Below, piece by piece: positions 1 through 10,999 of a stretch of DNA of 64,000 bases. The DNA comes from Macrostomum lignano (lineage: Eukaryota): contig NIVC01000029.1 in assembly GCA_002269645.1 (NCBI GenBank), forward strand, positions 558,001-622,000. Reading direction: 5' to 3'. Numbering within the stretch: the first letter of the stretch is position 1; each line of letters starts with the position of its first letter. The position numbers were made by a program, and so were the translations under genes. The notes under the pieces are model-generated. The model was not told the origin of the DNA. It ran no database searches and worked only from the letters and a program-made list of their open reading frames with translations.

Positions 1-40
1 TGTGAGAAATTTTTTTTTATTTTAGTTTCTACAGGGCTGT

Positions 41-1062
41 TTGGTCGAGCAGTTTACATTGGATTCTCTTCGAGGGAAGCGAGTTTTTTTTCTGTACGGC
101 GAAAGTCAAAAGCGACAAAAGAAGCTGGAATCTGCCGTCGTCTATTATGGCGGAAGCGTTGCTTCGTTTTTTTCAAATGAGGTGTGTAGTTTTTGCAATG
201 CATTCGTTGTTTTTGTTTGTTGCTTGTTAATAGGGCAGATTAGAGACGTTGATAGATTTTTTGTAGCTATGGGCTCGTATTTTTTGCTTTTCCAGGTTGA
301 TTTAATCATCGCTGACGATTCCGCTGTCTCCATTGAAGCTAAACAATCTTTTTCGGAGTTTTCTAGGGGTTTCACCATGCAGCAGAGAGCCGTTACGCAA
401 ACTTCGAGTTCGCAATGCAGAATTGTCAAAACATTCGAAGATATTTTGACGAAAGCTCGCTTGCTGCAAATACCTGTCTACACTCCGGCAATATTTCGAG
501 ATCGAATTCGCGATCAAGTTTCTCAACACGAGCTGTGCCAGAAAACTATTTCTTCAGGGAGGTTTGCCGAAGAAGATCGGAATTTGACCCCACCGGCCGT
601 TGTTGTTACGGATGCCCAGCATTTGCTGAGACCAATCTTCAAAGATAACATTGATGTCGTCGACATTTTTGCAAACCCAAGGGCTAATAATAACGATGAA
701 AAAAATCGTCAAAAGCCTGACGGCAAAGAAAAACGGAAAGGTCGGTGTGAAAACTGTCGCGAAGCCTACGACGACTTTAATCAGCACATAACATTAAGCC
801 AAAAGCACCAAGATTTCGTTTCGAATAAAAAAATTTTACTGAAATCGACCAAATCATTTCAACTCTTCCGACGCTAGACAGCGCCCTAAATGAAGCGACT
901 CAAAAGGCTACCGCTCCTATGACACATCATGACACGAAAAAACCGGATTCGAAAGCACTACCTAACATATTTCAGCAAAATGACGGTGATAGACGCCAAG
1001 CCGCATCGCTTGGCGAAAATCGTCAGTCTGCTCGCAAATACGTCGACACCGAGTCCAAAAAA
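41..1062 (+). CDS. DBF4: DBF4/ASK-like protein exons (BRCT motif N, motif M, DBF4-type zinc finger): exon ~35-181, intron 182-295, exon 296-1062 with a 1-nt frameshift in the A7 run at 827-833; 5' end upstream of the window
   Basis: LRGKRVFFL..LESAVVYYGGSVASFFSNE|VDLIIAD resembles motif N. PAVVVTDAQHLLRPIF resembles motif M. KRKGRCENCREAYDDFNQHITLSQKHQDFV is a CCHH zf-DBF. The in-frame GT..AG intron 182-295 is phase 0. The -1 frame continues NFTEIDQIISTL (zf-DBF tail) and stays open to the donor AAA|GTGAGT at 1062/1063. Confidence 0.8.
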
Positions 1063-1127
1063 GTGAGTTTCGTTTAATGATCTCAAAATAGCTAGCTGCA
1101 TGCAACTCAATTGCTGTAGAGAAGTTC

Positions 1128-4100
1128 TTAAAAGGTGGTCCACCTAAACTACAGACACAACTGAAGCAGCTCTCTCAGTCTGTTTGGGGCTTTGACTTTT
1201 ATAAGGTGGTCCACCTAACCTACAGAAACAACTGAAGCAGCTTTCTCAGTCTGTTTGGGGCTTTGACTCTTAAAAGGTGGTCCACCTAACCTACAGACAC
1301 AACTGAAGCAGCTCTCTCAGTCTGTTTGAGGGTCACACGGATACACGGCAGCGGTTTTGAATTTAAGCTTCCGACTTTGACTTGTCTTTTTATTCTCTAA
1401 TTTCCTAGGAGCCTGAGGTCGAATTTCGTTCCCGCCAAATCGAACGCACTGGTGCCTCAAAAAGAGGGCGGAAATCGCGAAGCCGTTCGCGCTCTGCATC
1501 ACGCCTTGATGAAGGCGCTCAGTCGCACAACGCTACCGCGGATGCAGGCGCTACTCCAGCCTCGAAGAAGGCCGCATCGCCTGGTGAAAATCGTCGGTCT
1601 ACTCGCAAATACGTCGACACCGAGTCCAGAAAAGTGAGTTTCGCTTGATGATCTCAAAGTAGCTAGCTGCAACTCAATTGCTGTAGAGAAGCTGGTCCAC
1701 CTAACCTACAGAACAGACGCAACTGAAGCAGCTCTCTCAGTCTGTTTGGGGCTTTGACTCTTGGAAGGTGGTCCACCTAACCTACAGACACAACTGAAGC
1801 AGCTCTCTCAGTCTGTTTGGGGCTTTAACTCTTAAAAGGTGGTCAACCTAACCTACAGACACAACTGAAGCAGCTTTCTCAGTCTGTTTGGGGCTTTGAC
1901 TTTTATAAGGTGGTCCACCTAACCTACAGACACAACTGAAGCAGCTCTCTCAGTCTGTTTGGGGCTTTGACTCTTAAAAGGTGGTCCACCTAACCTACAG
2001 GCACAACTAAAGCAGCTCTCTCAGTCTGTTTGAGGGTCACACGGATACACGGCAGCGGTTTTGAATTTAAGCTTCCGACTTTGACTTGTCTTTTTATTCT
2101 CTAATTTCCTAGGAGCCTGAGGTCGAATTTCGTTCCCGCCAAATCGAACGCACTGGTGCCTCAAAAAGAGGGCGGAAATCGCGAAGCCGTTCGCGCTCTG
2201 CATCACGCCTTGATGAAGGCGCTCAGTCGCACAACGCTACCGCGGATGCAGGCGCTACTCCAGCCTCGAAGAAGGCCGCATCGCCTGGTGAAAATCGTCG
2301 GTCTACTGGCAAATCCGTCGACACCGAGTCCAGAAAAGTGAGTTTCGCTTGATGATCTCAAAGTAGCTAGCTGCAACTCAATTGCTGTAGAGAAGCTGGT
2401 CCACCTAACCTACAGACACAACTGAAGCAGCTCTCTCAGTCTGTTTGGGGCTTTGACTCTTGGAAGGTGGTCCACCTAACCTACAGACACAACTGAAGCA
2501 GCTCTCTCAGTCTGTTTGGGGCTTTAACTCTTAAAAGGTGGTCAACCTAACCTACAGACACAACTGAAGCAGCTCTCTCAGTCTGTTTGGGGCTTTGACT
2601 TTTATAAGGTGGTCCACCTAACCTACAGACACAACTGAAGCAGCTCTCTCAGTCTGTTTGGGGCTTTGACTTTTATAAGGTGGTCCACCTAACCTACAGA
2701 CACAACTGAAGCAGCTCTCTCAGTCTGTTTGGGGCTTTGACTTTTATAAGGTGTCCACCTAACCTACAGACACAACTGAAGCAGCTCTCTCAGTCTGTTT
2801 GGGGCTTTGACTCTTGGAAGGTGGTCCACCTAACCTACAGACACAACTGAAGCAGCTCTCTCAGTCTGTTTGGGGCCTTGGCTGTCAGAGCTGTCTTGAA
2901 AGTTTAGTGCGGGAATGTTTCCGTTTCTTGGAATGCAATCAGAACAGATTCTTAGAAAGCGAGCTGGTCCACCATGAGATCAGAATGTCTGCACTGTGTA
3001 AATGAATGGTCTCTAGGCATTCCGACTCAGATTATCGCCTAGTAGTGCTGTAGAGAAGGTGGTCCACCTAACCTACAGACACAACTGAAGCAGCTCTCTC
3101 AGTCTGTTTGAGGGTCACACGGATACACGGCAGCGGTTTTGAATTTAAGCTTCCGACTTTGACTTGTCTTTTTATTCTCTAACTTCCTAGGAGCCTGAGG
3201 TCGAATTTCGTTCCCGCCAAATCGAACGCACTGGTGCCTCAAAAAGAGGGCGGAAATCGCGAAGCCGTTCGCGCTCTGCATCACGCCTTGATGAAGGCGC
3301 TCAGTCGCACAACGCTACCGCGGATGCAGGCGCTACTCCAGCCTCGAAGAAGGCCGCATCGCCTGGTGAAAATCGTCGGTCAACTGGCAAATCCGTCGAC
3401 ACCGAGTCCAGAAAAGTGAGTTTCGCTTGATGATCTCAAAGTAGCTAGCTGCAACTCAATTGCTGTAGAGAAGCTGGTCCACCTAACCTACAGACATCAA
3501 CTGAAGCAGCTCTCTCAGTCTGTTTGGGGCTTTGACTTTTATAAGGTGGTCCACCTAACCTACAGAAACAACTGAAGCAGCTCTCTCAGTCTGTTTTGGG
3601 CTTTGACTTTTATAAGGTGGTCTACCTAACCTACAGACACAACTGAAGCAGCTTTCTCAGTCTGTTTGGGGCTTTGACTTTTATAAGGTGGTCCACCTAA
3701 CCTACAGACACAACTGAAGCAGCTCTCTCAGTCTGTTTGGGGCTTTGACTTTTATAAGGTGGTCCACCTAACCTACAGACACAACTGAAGCAGCTCTCTC
3801 AGTCTGTTTGAGGGTCACACGGATACACGGCAGCGGTTTTGAATTTAAGCTTCCGACTTTGACTTGTCTTTTTATTCTCTAACTTCCTAGGAGCCTGAGG
3901 TCGAATTTCGTTCCCGCCAAATCGAACGCACTGGTGCCTCAAAAAGAGGGCGGAAATCGCGAAGCCGTTCGCGCTCTGCATCACGCCTTGATGAAGGCGC
4001 TCAGTCGCACAACGCTACCGCGGATGCAGGCGCTACTCCAGCCTCGAAGAAGGCCGCATCGCCTGGTGAAAATCGTCGGTCTACTGGCAAATCCGTCGAC

Positions 4101-5030
4101 ACCGAGTCCAGAAAAGTGAGTTTCGCTTGATGATCTCAAAGTAGCTAGCTGCAACTCAATTGCTGTAGAGAAGCTGGTCCACCTAACCTACAGACACAAC
4201 TGAAGCAGCTCTCTCAGTCTGTTTGGGGCTTTGAATCTTGGAAGGTGGTCCACCTAACCTACAGACACATCTGAAGCAGCTTTCTCAGTCTGTTTGGGGC
4301 TTTGACTCTTGGAAGGTGGTCCACCTAACCTACAGACACAACTGAAGCAGCTCTCTCAGTCTGTTTGGGGCTTTAACTCTTAAAAGGTGGTCAACCTAAC
4401 CTACAGACACAACTGAAGCAGCTCTCTCAGTCTGTTTGGGGCTTTGACTTTTATAAGGTGGTCCACCTAACCTACAGACACAACTGAAGCAGCTCTCTCA
4501 GTCTGTTTGGGGCTTTGACTCTTGGAAGGTGGTCCACCTAACCTACAGACACAACTAAAGCAGCTCTCTCAGTCTGTTTGGGGCTTTGGCTCTCAGAGCT
4601 GTCTTGAAAGTTTAGTGCGGGAATGTTTCCGTTTCTTGGAATGCAATCAGAACAGATTCTTAGAAAGCGAGCTGGTCCACCATGAGATCAGAACGTCTGC
4701 ACTGTGTAAATGAATGGTCTCAAGGCATTCCGACTCAGATTATCGCCTAGTAGTGCTGTAGAGAAGGTGGTCCACCTAACCTACAGACACAACTGAAGCA
4801 GCTCTCTCAGTCTGTTTGGGGCTTTGACTCTTGGAAGGTGGTCCACCTAACCTACAGACACAACTGAAGCAGCTCTCTCAGTCTGTTTGGGGCTTTGGCT
4901 CTCAGAGCTGTCTTGAAAGTTTAGTGCGGGAATGTTTCCGTTTCTTGGAATGCAATCAGAACAGATTCTTAGAAAGCGAGCTGGTCCACCATGAGATCAG
5001 AACGTCTGCACTGTCTAAATGAAGGGTGTC
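1128..5030 (+). repeat. Intronic satellite in element A: 71-bp units (GGTGGTCCACCTAACCTACAGACACAACTGAAGCAGCTCTCTCAGTCTG...) plus ~240-bp long units
   Basis: The period is 71 bp (e.g. GGTCCAC at 2611 and 2682). Long variants lie at ~2820-3058, ~4530-4765 and ~4840-5030. The array fills introns 1063-1408, 1634-2112, 2338-3190, 3416-3890 and 4116-5149. Confidence 0.95.
1409..4115 (+). CDS. Four near-identical 225-bp phase-0/0 exons (1409-1633, 2113-2337, 3191-3415, 3891-4115), each encoding a 75-aa basic Ser/Arg-rich repeat
   Basis: Each exon is bounded by TTCCTAG| and |GTGAGT and has an open frame EPEVEFRSRQIERTGASKRGRKSRSRSRSASRLDEG...ENRRSTRKYVDTESRK. The 3' third matches the end of exon 296-1062. 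Confidence 0.7.
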
Positions 5031-5149
5031 TAAACGTTTTGACTTAGATTATCGCGTTGTAGTGCTTCAGAGAATTGACTTATTGACTTTTCAGGAAAAA
5101 TGAGCTAATGAGTATATCTAAGCTATGTAACTTGCTGTTTATTTTTCAG

Positions 5150-8092
5150 GTTTGCGATAGAGACGGCGATGCTACCAAAGCAAGGATAGACGTTGCTTTC
5201 GATTTAGTAGATGATGATTCGTTTGTGGACAAAAATCTTACGGTAGTAGACGATATTCTTGGTGGAAGGTTGCACTCAGCTTTAAGGGACATTGCAAATA
5301 CGAGTATACTACCTGAGGACGCTGAACTCGAGGAAGAAGATGGTGATGAAGATTATTATTTGGAGGAAGTCTGGTCTGATGATTTAGTTCCGTCCCAAGC
5401 GAAACTTAAGCATGAGAAGAAGAGGCATTGCTGCCTCTTTTGCGGAGAAATGTTTTCGAAGATCAGAAGGCATCTTATTCGGGCACACTCGAAGGAAATG
5501 TGTGTACAGCGCGCCCTCGCATTTAATCCTAAGTCTGATAGTAAGTTTTTGAAATAAGTTTTTTATGTAGGTCCTCATAGTAGTATTTAGTTTGTCTGAA
5601 AATAATTATCTGTTCATATTTTTTTCAGAATATGACCAGGAATTTGATCGCTTGCGCTTTCGAGGAGATTACGAACATAACATAAAAGTTATGACCCAGG
5701 AGAAGGAGGGAGGAATCATTGTGTGTCGCGAAAGAAGTTCTTCGGACATGAAAGATAATGAAGTTTCGTATTTGCCGTGCATTCACTGTTTTGGATTTTT
5801 TCGTAAAACTGAGTTAAGCAGGCATGTTCAGCGCTGCCGCTTTGTCGTAAATGTCAGCGATTTGAACAGGCGCACAGAAGCTGTCAGTGCAGGACGCTGC
5901 CTTCTCCTTGCATCATGCTTTCCGGCGAAATATCCGTCCAAATTTATTGAACTTATTAATAAAATGAAGGTAGACTCATGTAGCAAAGTAGCTCAATCAG
6001 ACAAGCTTATAATGGAACTTGGCTACTACGCCTATGAAGGTTTTACATCCGGAAAGACAGGAAAGAAAATTGTAACTGCGAAAATGCGTGAAATGTCGAG
6101 ATTACTTATGTCAGCTCGTGAAATTATGGGCGATCCCAGCGCTTGTCTTGACGATTTGCTGAAGCCATCATCATTTGATTTAGTTGTTGAGGCGACTCGA
6201 AATGTAGCGAAATTTACGGCCCAAGAAGATGCTCAGATTTGCGATTCTTTTTCTATTCCTTCGATGGCACTTAAGTGCGGGTTTTCTCTGAAGCTGGCTG
6301 CTGAACTGTCGTTAGTACGTGCCCTGAAATGCGAAATGCCCGAAGTAGCTCAGGAGCGACGCAACTTCATCACTCTGTATGAAACATCATGGAGCCGTAA
6401 AATATCTTCGATTGCACTTTTGTCCTTGAAAGAAAGAAAAATTGACAAGGGTCAGACATTGCCGTTAACTAGCGACATTCAGTTAATCACGAAGCACATT
6501 AACGAATATTTAAGCCACATCGACACGGAAAAGCTAAAAAGCAGCCCTTCTTACTGGAAAGAGGTGGCCGAATATGTTGCGATTCGTTTGTCTATTTTCA
6601 ACAAGCGCCGGGCGTCTGAGCCCTTCAAGCTGCGAGTTTCGGCGTGGCAGAAAGCAAGATCATGCAAAGATGTTGATGATACAACATTATCTGCGCTAAG
6701 TGAATTAGAAAAGCAAATGCTTTACCGGTTGACTATCGTTAATGTTCGAGGTAAGAGAGCACAGCGACCGGTTCCTCTGCTAGTTTCGAATGAGATTGCT
6801 GAAATTATCGATGAGCTCATTCGCACAAGACACCACGCTTCAAGTCCTTACGTATTCTGCAGTAGTGGAAGTTTGGGATATATATCCCCATTCGTTGCGC
6901 GCACAAATGTTGTCTCCAGTTGTCAAGGGCTCCAGTTCCCTGCTCGTCTATCTTCGACCAACCTTCGAAAATACATTGCCACTGTCTCTCAGATCCTTGA
7001 AATGAGAGAAAATGAGCTCGGATGGCTCTCCAACCATCTTGGACATAGCCTTAATGTTCACCATAATTTCTATCGATTGCATGAAAACACTATTGAGCTT
7101 GCTAAAGTAGGCAAGCTACTTCTGGCTATCGAGGCCGGTAGATTCGACCAGCTTAAAGGCAAAACTATCGAAGAGATTGATGTTAACGACATCGAAATTG
7201 ACTATGACATTGACGATAAGTCAGATGCAAAAAAAGATGATTTGAACGAATCCGGTGATGTGGAAGCCTCAATAGGCTCACAGGCTCGAGAATTAAAACG
7301 TGGTGACCAAAAGAGTCAAGCACCTCCTGAGAATAATGGAGCTCGTATCCAAGCTAAGGAATTTGAGGACGAGTCAATTTATCACGAAGGTTCTGTCGAC
7401 TTTCGCGGAGCCCCCCTGTCCATCAAGCAAGTCGAAAAAAAGAAGAATCGATTAGCTGTGCTCGACTCAGATGAATATGAAAGCGAAGTAGACAAAGACG
7501 ATTCAGACTACCAACCGACGAAAAAAACCAGAAAAGTGCAGAAAGCTAGAGCAAACGAAAGGCGGATTCGAAGGACGACTAAGCCAAAGGGTGCGACAGC
7601 AACAACGACTAATAACAAAAGCGAGCCAGGACATGGACAAGAGGACCCACAGAAGGACAAAAGCGAGCCAGGACCCGGACAAGAGGACCCACAGAAGGAC
7701 AAAAGCGAGCCAGGACCCGGACAAGAGGACCCACAGAAGGACAAAAGCGAGCCAGGACCCGGACAAGAGGACCCACAGAAGGACAAAAGCGCTCCTAGTT
7801 CGGAAGGTAAGGACAAAATGGGAACTGGGGGAAGAAAAAAACCAAAGTTGATTTCAGTTACTTCAATCCATTTCAGAAGTCAAGAAAAAAACTAATTCAG
7901 GAGCACATTGCGTGGAACAAAGACGAAAATGAGGCAATTAACCGCGCGATAGAAAAGATCGAAGACGGCAAAGTACCTGGTTTTGCAGCCCTTGGAGAGC
8001 TAAAAGCACGCGAACCTGCACTCCAGTCACGATCGATCCATAAAATAAAAACGAAGTTTTTCAATGAAATGAAAAAACGCGGCATTTTGTGA
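5150..8092 (+). CDS. CryptonV-like tyrosine recombinase: exon 5150-5540, intron 5541-5628, exon 5629-~7890, and a C-terminal Myb/SANT-like segment 7901-8092 in another frame
   Basis: Zn-binding motifs HCCLFC..IRRHLIRAH and YLPCIHCFGFF..LSRHVQRC. Tyrosine recombinase motifs FNKRRASE (Arg), VRGKRAQRPVPLL (Lys), STNLRKYIAT (xxxR box) and LSNHLGHSLNVHHNFYRL (His, catalytic Tyr). The phase-1 intron joins NPKSD-K-YDQEFDRLR. The tail reads HIAWNKDENEAI..GKVPG..EPALQSRSIHKIK. Confidence 0.85.
7618..7790 (+). repeat. 42-bp coding tandem repeat x4 (KSEPGPGQEDPQKD) in the recombinase tail
   Basis: AAAAGCGAGCCAGGACCCGGACAAGAGGACCCACAGAAGGAC is repeated in frame. Confidence 0.95.
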
Positions 8093-8284
8093 CTAAACGC
8101 TTTATGATTGCTAACACTAAGATTAAAAAGCATCTATTAGTTTAGCTGACAAGAAATACCTGTTCACTATCGATAGCATAGCGATGGCTTTTGGGGGCGG
8201 TCCAAGTTTGGGACGCCAAAATGAGTATGAGGGGCGCCAATTTTTAAGCTGGGGGTGCAAAAAACGTGTAGGGGGGGAATGCGA

Positions 8285-8700
8285 GTCGCCGTTTTAAAAA
8301 TGCTTCAATTTCTTGTATCTGTTTGATACAATTTCCATTTTAATAACTGTCGCCGTTTTAAAAATGCTTCAATTTCTTGTATCTGTTTGATACAATTTCC
8401 ATTTTAATAACTGTTGCCCTTTTAAAAATGCTTCAACTTCTTGTACTCCCTATGACTTTTTTAACTAATGCAATCCTAAGTTTGTTAAACGTGTAGTTTA
8501 AGAATGTACTTCCGGACTTAAATTAGTTTCAATGACTTTGCAGTTAGTTTAATTAGGTTTAAATCTTTTGCGTTAAGGCAAGCGAAATGATGCGGTATTT
8601 ATTTTCAAAATGCTTCAATTTCTTATATCTGTTTGATACAATTTCCATTTTAATAACTGTTGCCGTTTTAAAAATGCTTCAACTTCTTGTATCCCTGAGT
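8285..8700 (+). repeat. 64-bp subterminal direct repeats of element A
   Basis: GTCGCCGTTTTAAAAATGCTTCAATTTCTTG... occurs at 8285 and 8349, partially at ~8413, and again at ~8605-8695. Confidence 0.8.
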
Positions 8701-9654
8701 GTGCGTTGTTTTTCTTTCGTAACTAATGCAGTTTAACCCATAGTTTAGTAAAGCTAAATAAATTCGTTTGAACCAGGGTTTTTTTAATAAAATGGAATCG
8801 TAAACCTTTTTTATCTTCTGTTTCTTGAGAATTTCTGTTTTAATTAGCCCAAAATAACAGTTTGAAACTCATAAATTTTCTACAAAGAAAGAGGTCTAAC
8901 TAAACCAACTGTTTTTTTGCGGTCCACCTAACCCGGTCCCCAAAACGTAGTTAGTGAACCGCCACAGTTTCCACGAACTGGCTATTCCGTCAAGTTAACA
9001 AAAAGATAACCCTAGCTAGCCTTTCGCGTTGTCAAAACAGACTCTATTTTTTAACCGGAATTGCGTGGTCCACGTAACGCATTAACATAACTCAGGTCCC
9101 GCTAAACACACAGACAGTCGTAAGAGTGTCTGTCTGTCTGCCAGCCTAAGTGAGTCACTGTGTCTGCCAGTTCAAAACTTTGTTTACTGCTATACAGTGC
9201 TATACAAAGGCCATTCCAATCTTATTTTCAAGTGCTACTCCCGTTTTGAAATAGTTGTATACAAAAACAACCCATTGTATAGCCTGGGGTCACAATAAGC
9301 CGCTTTGTAAAGCGTTTTTTTCACTTAGCTGGGCTCATTTGGCCCAATAGCACCACAGTGTCTTATACGACTGAAGCGTTGATGCAGCTTGCAGCGACAC
9401 AAAGCACCCACAGCGCACTCAGCAGCTGTAGCAATATAAACCAGCATTATTTAGCCTTATAATGTTGTATAACAGATAAAAGTTTGGCAACAACATGATC
9501 GCATACAGTAAATACAGAAAGAGTAACACACAAATTTGGTCTAGATACTACCGACCAGTTATATAGAGAGAGCAAAATTGATTTGTTAGATTTTTAGTAC
9601 TATAATGATACTAAGCCGTCGTTTGTCTGTGTGGCCGCCATTTTAAATGAATTA

Positions 9655-10055
9655 GCGCCATTTCACTTGAGAGCGGCGCCATTTCACTTGAGCTAGTGTC
9701 ATTTCACTTGAGCTAGTGTCATTTCACTTGAGAGCGGCGCCATTTCACTTGAGCTAGTGTCATTTCACTTGAGAGCGGCGCCATTTCACTTGAGCTAGTG
9801 TCATTTCACTTGAGAGCGGCGCCATTTCACTTGAGAGCGGCGCCATTTCACTTGAGCTAGTGTCATTTCACTTGAGCTAGTGTCATTTCACTTGAGCTAG
9901 TGTCATTTCACTTGAGCTAGTGTCATTTCACTTGAGAGCGGCGCCATTTCACTTGAGCTAGTGTCATTTCACTTGAGAGCGGCGCCATTTCACTTGAGCT
10001 AGTGTCATTTCACTTGAGAGCGGGCACCATTTCACTTGAGTTGGTGCCATTTTAA
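9655..10055. repeat. 20/21-bp minisatellite (CCATTTCACTTGAGAGCGGCG / TCATTTCACTTGAGCTAGTG)
   Basis: Two unit types alternate in a visible tandem array. Confidence 0.9.
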
Positions 10056-10094
10056 TTGATTTGGTGCCGCTTGTAAATTTCAGAGAAAAGCCTG

Positions 10095-10995
10095 TTTTGT
10101 CATCATTCACTAACTACCCGTGCACTTTTGTTATCATTCACTATCCGTGCACTTTTGTCATCATTCACTATCCGTGCACTTTTGTTATCATTCATTATCC
10201 GTGCACTTTTGTCATCATTCACTATCCGTGCACTTTTGTTATCATTCATTATCCGTGCACTTTTGTTATCATTTATTATCCGTGCCCTTTTGTTATCATT
10301 CACTATCCGTGCACTTTTGTTATCATTTATTATCCGTGCCCTTTTGTTATCATTCACTATCCGTGCACTTTTGTTATCATTTATTATCCGTGCACTTTTG
10401 TTATCATTCACTATCCGTGCACTTTTGTTATCATTCATTATCCGTGCACTTTTGTTATCATTTATTATCCGTGCCCTTTTGTTATCATTCACTTTCCGTG
10501 CACTTTTGTTATCATTTATTATCCGTGCCCTTTTGTTATCATTCACTATCCGTGCACTTTTGTTATCATTTATTATCCGTGCCCTTTTGTTATCATTCAC
10601 TATCCGTGCACTTTTGTTATCATTTATTATCCGTGCACTTTTGTCATCATTCACTTTCCGTGCACTTTTGTTATCATTTATTATCCGTGCACTTTTGTCA
10701 TCATTCACTATTCGTGCACTTTTGTTATCATTTATTATCCGTGCCCTTTTGTTATCATTCACTATCCGTGCACTTTTGTTATCATTTATTATCCGTGCCC
10801 TTTTGTTATCATTCATTATCCGTGCACTTTTGTTATCATTTATTATCCGTGCCCTTTTGTTATCATTCACTATCCGTGCACTTTTGTTATCATTTATTAT
10901 CCGTGCCCTTTTGTTATCATTCACTATCCGTGCACTTTTGTTATCATTCATTATCCGTGCACTTTTGTTATCATTCATTATCCGTGCACTTTTGC
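10095..10995. repeat. 27-bp minisatellite (TTTTGTTATCATTCACTATCCGTGCAC)
   Basis: The 9-aa periodicity in four spurious ORFs equals 27 bp. Confidence 0.95.
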
Positions 10996-10999
10996 TCAG

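Larger units (their letters stand above)
895..9125 (+). mobile_element. Element A: CryptonV-like tyrosine-recombinase DNA transposon; 3' end at ~9118-9130, 5' end not in the window
   Basis: It contains the recombinase CDS. Segment ~8420-9130 is the reverse complement of ~20875-21530, and the similarity stops at a (TCTG)n tract. Similarity to element B extends 5' to about 895 (ATQKATA vs PSQKATA). Confidence 0.75.

Noticed and set aside
1317-5022. Repeated 61-63-aa ORFs (MMQSANG.., MPQKEGG.., MEGGPP..)
   Set aside because: These are alternative frames or antisense of the duplicated exon and satellite. The splice-supported frame is EPEVEFRS..
1128-5030. Repeat-spacer-like pattern suggesting a CRISPR array
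   Set aside because: The 'spacers' are identical to each other, the units are 71 bp, the context is eukaryotic introns, and there are no cas genes.
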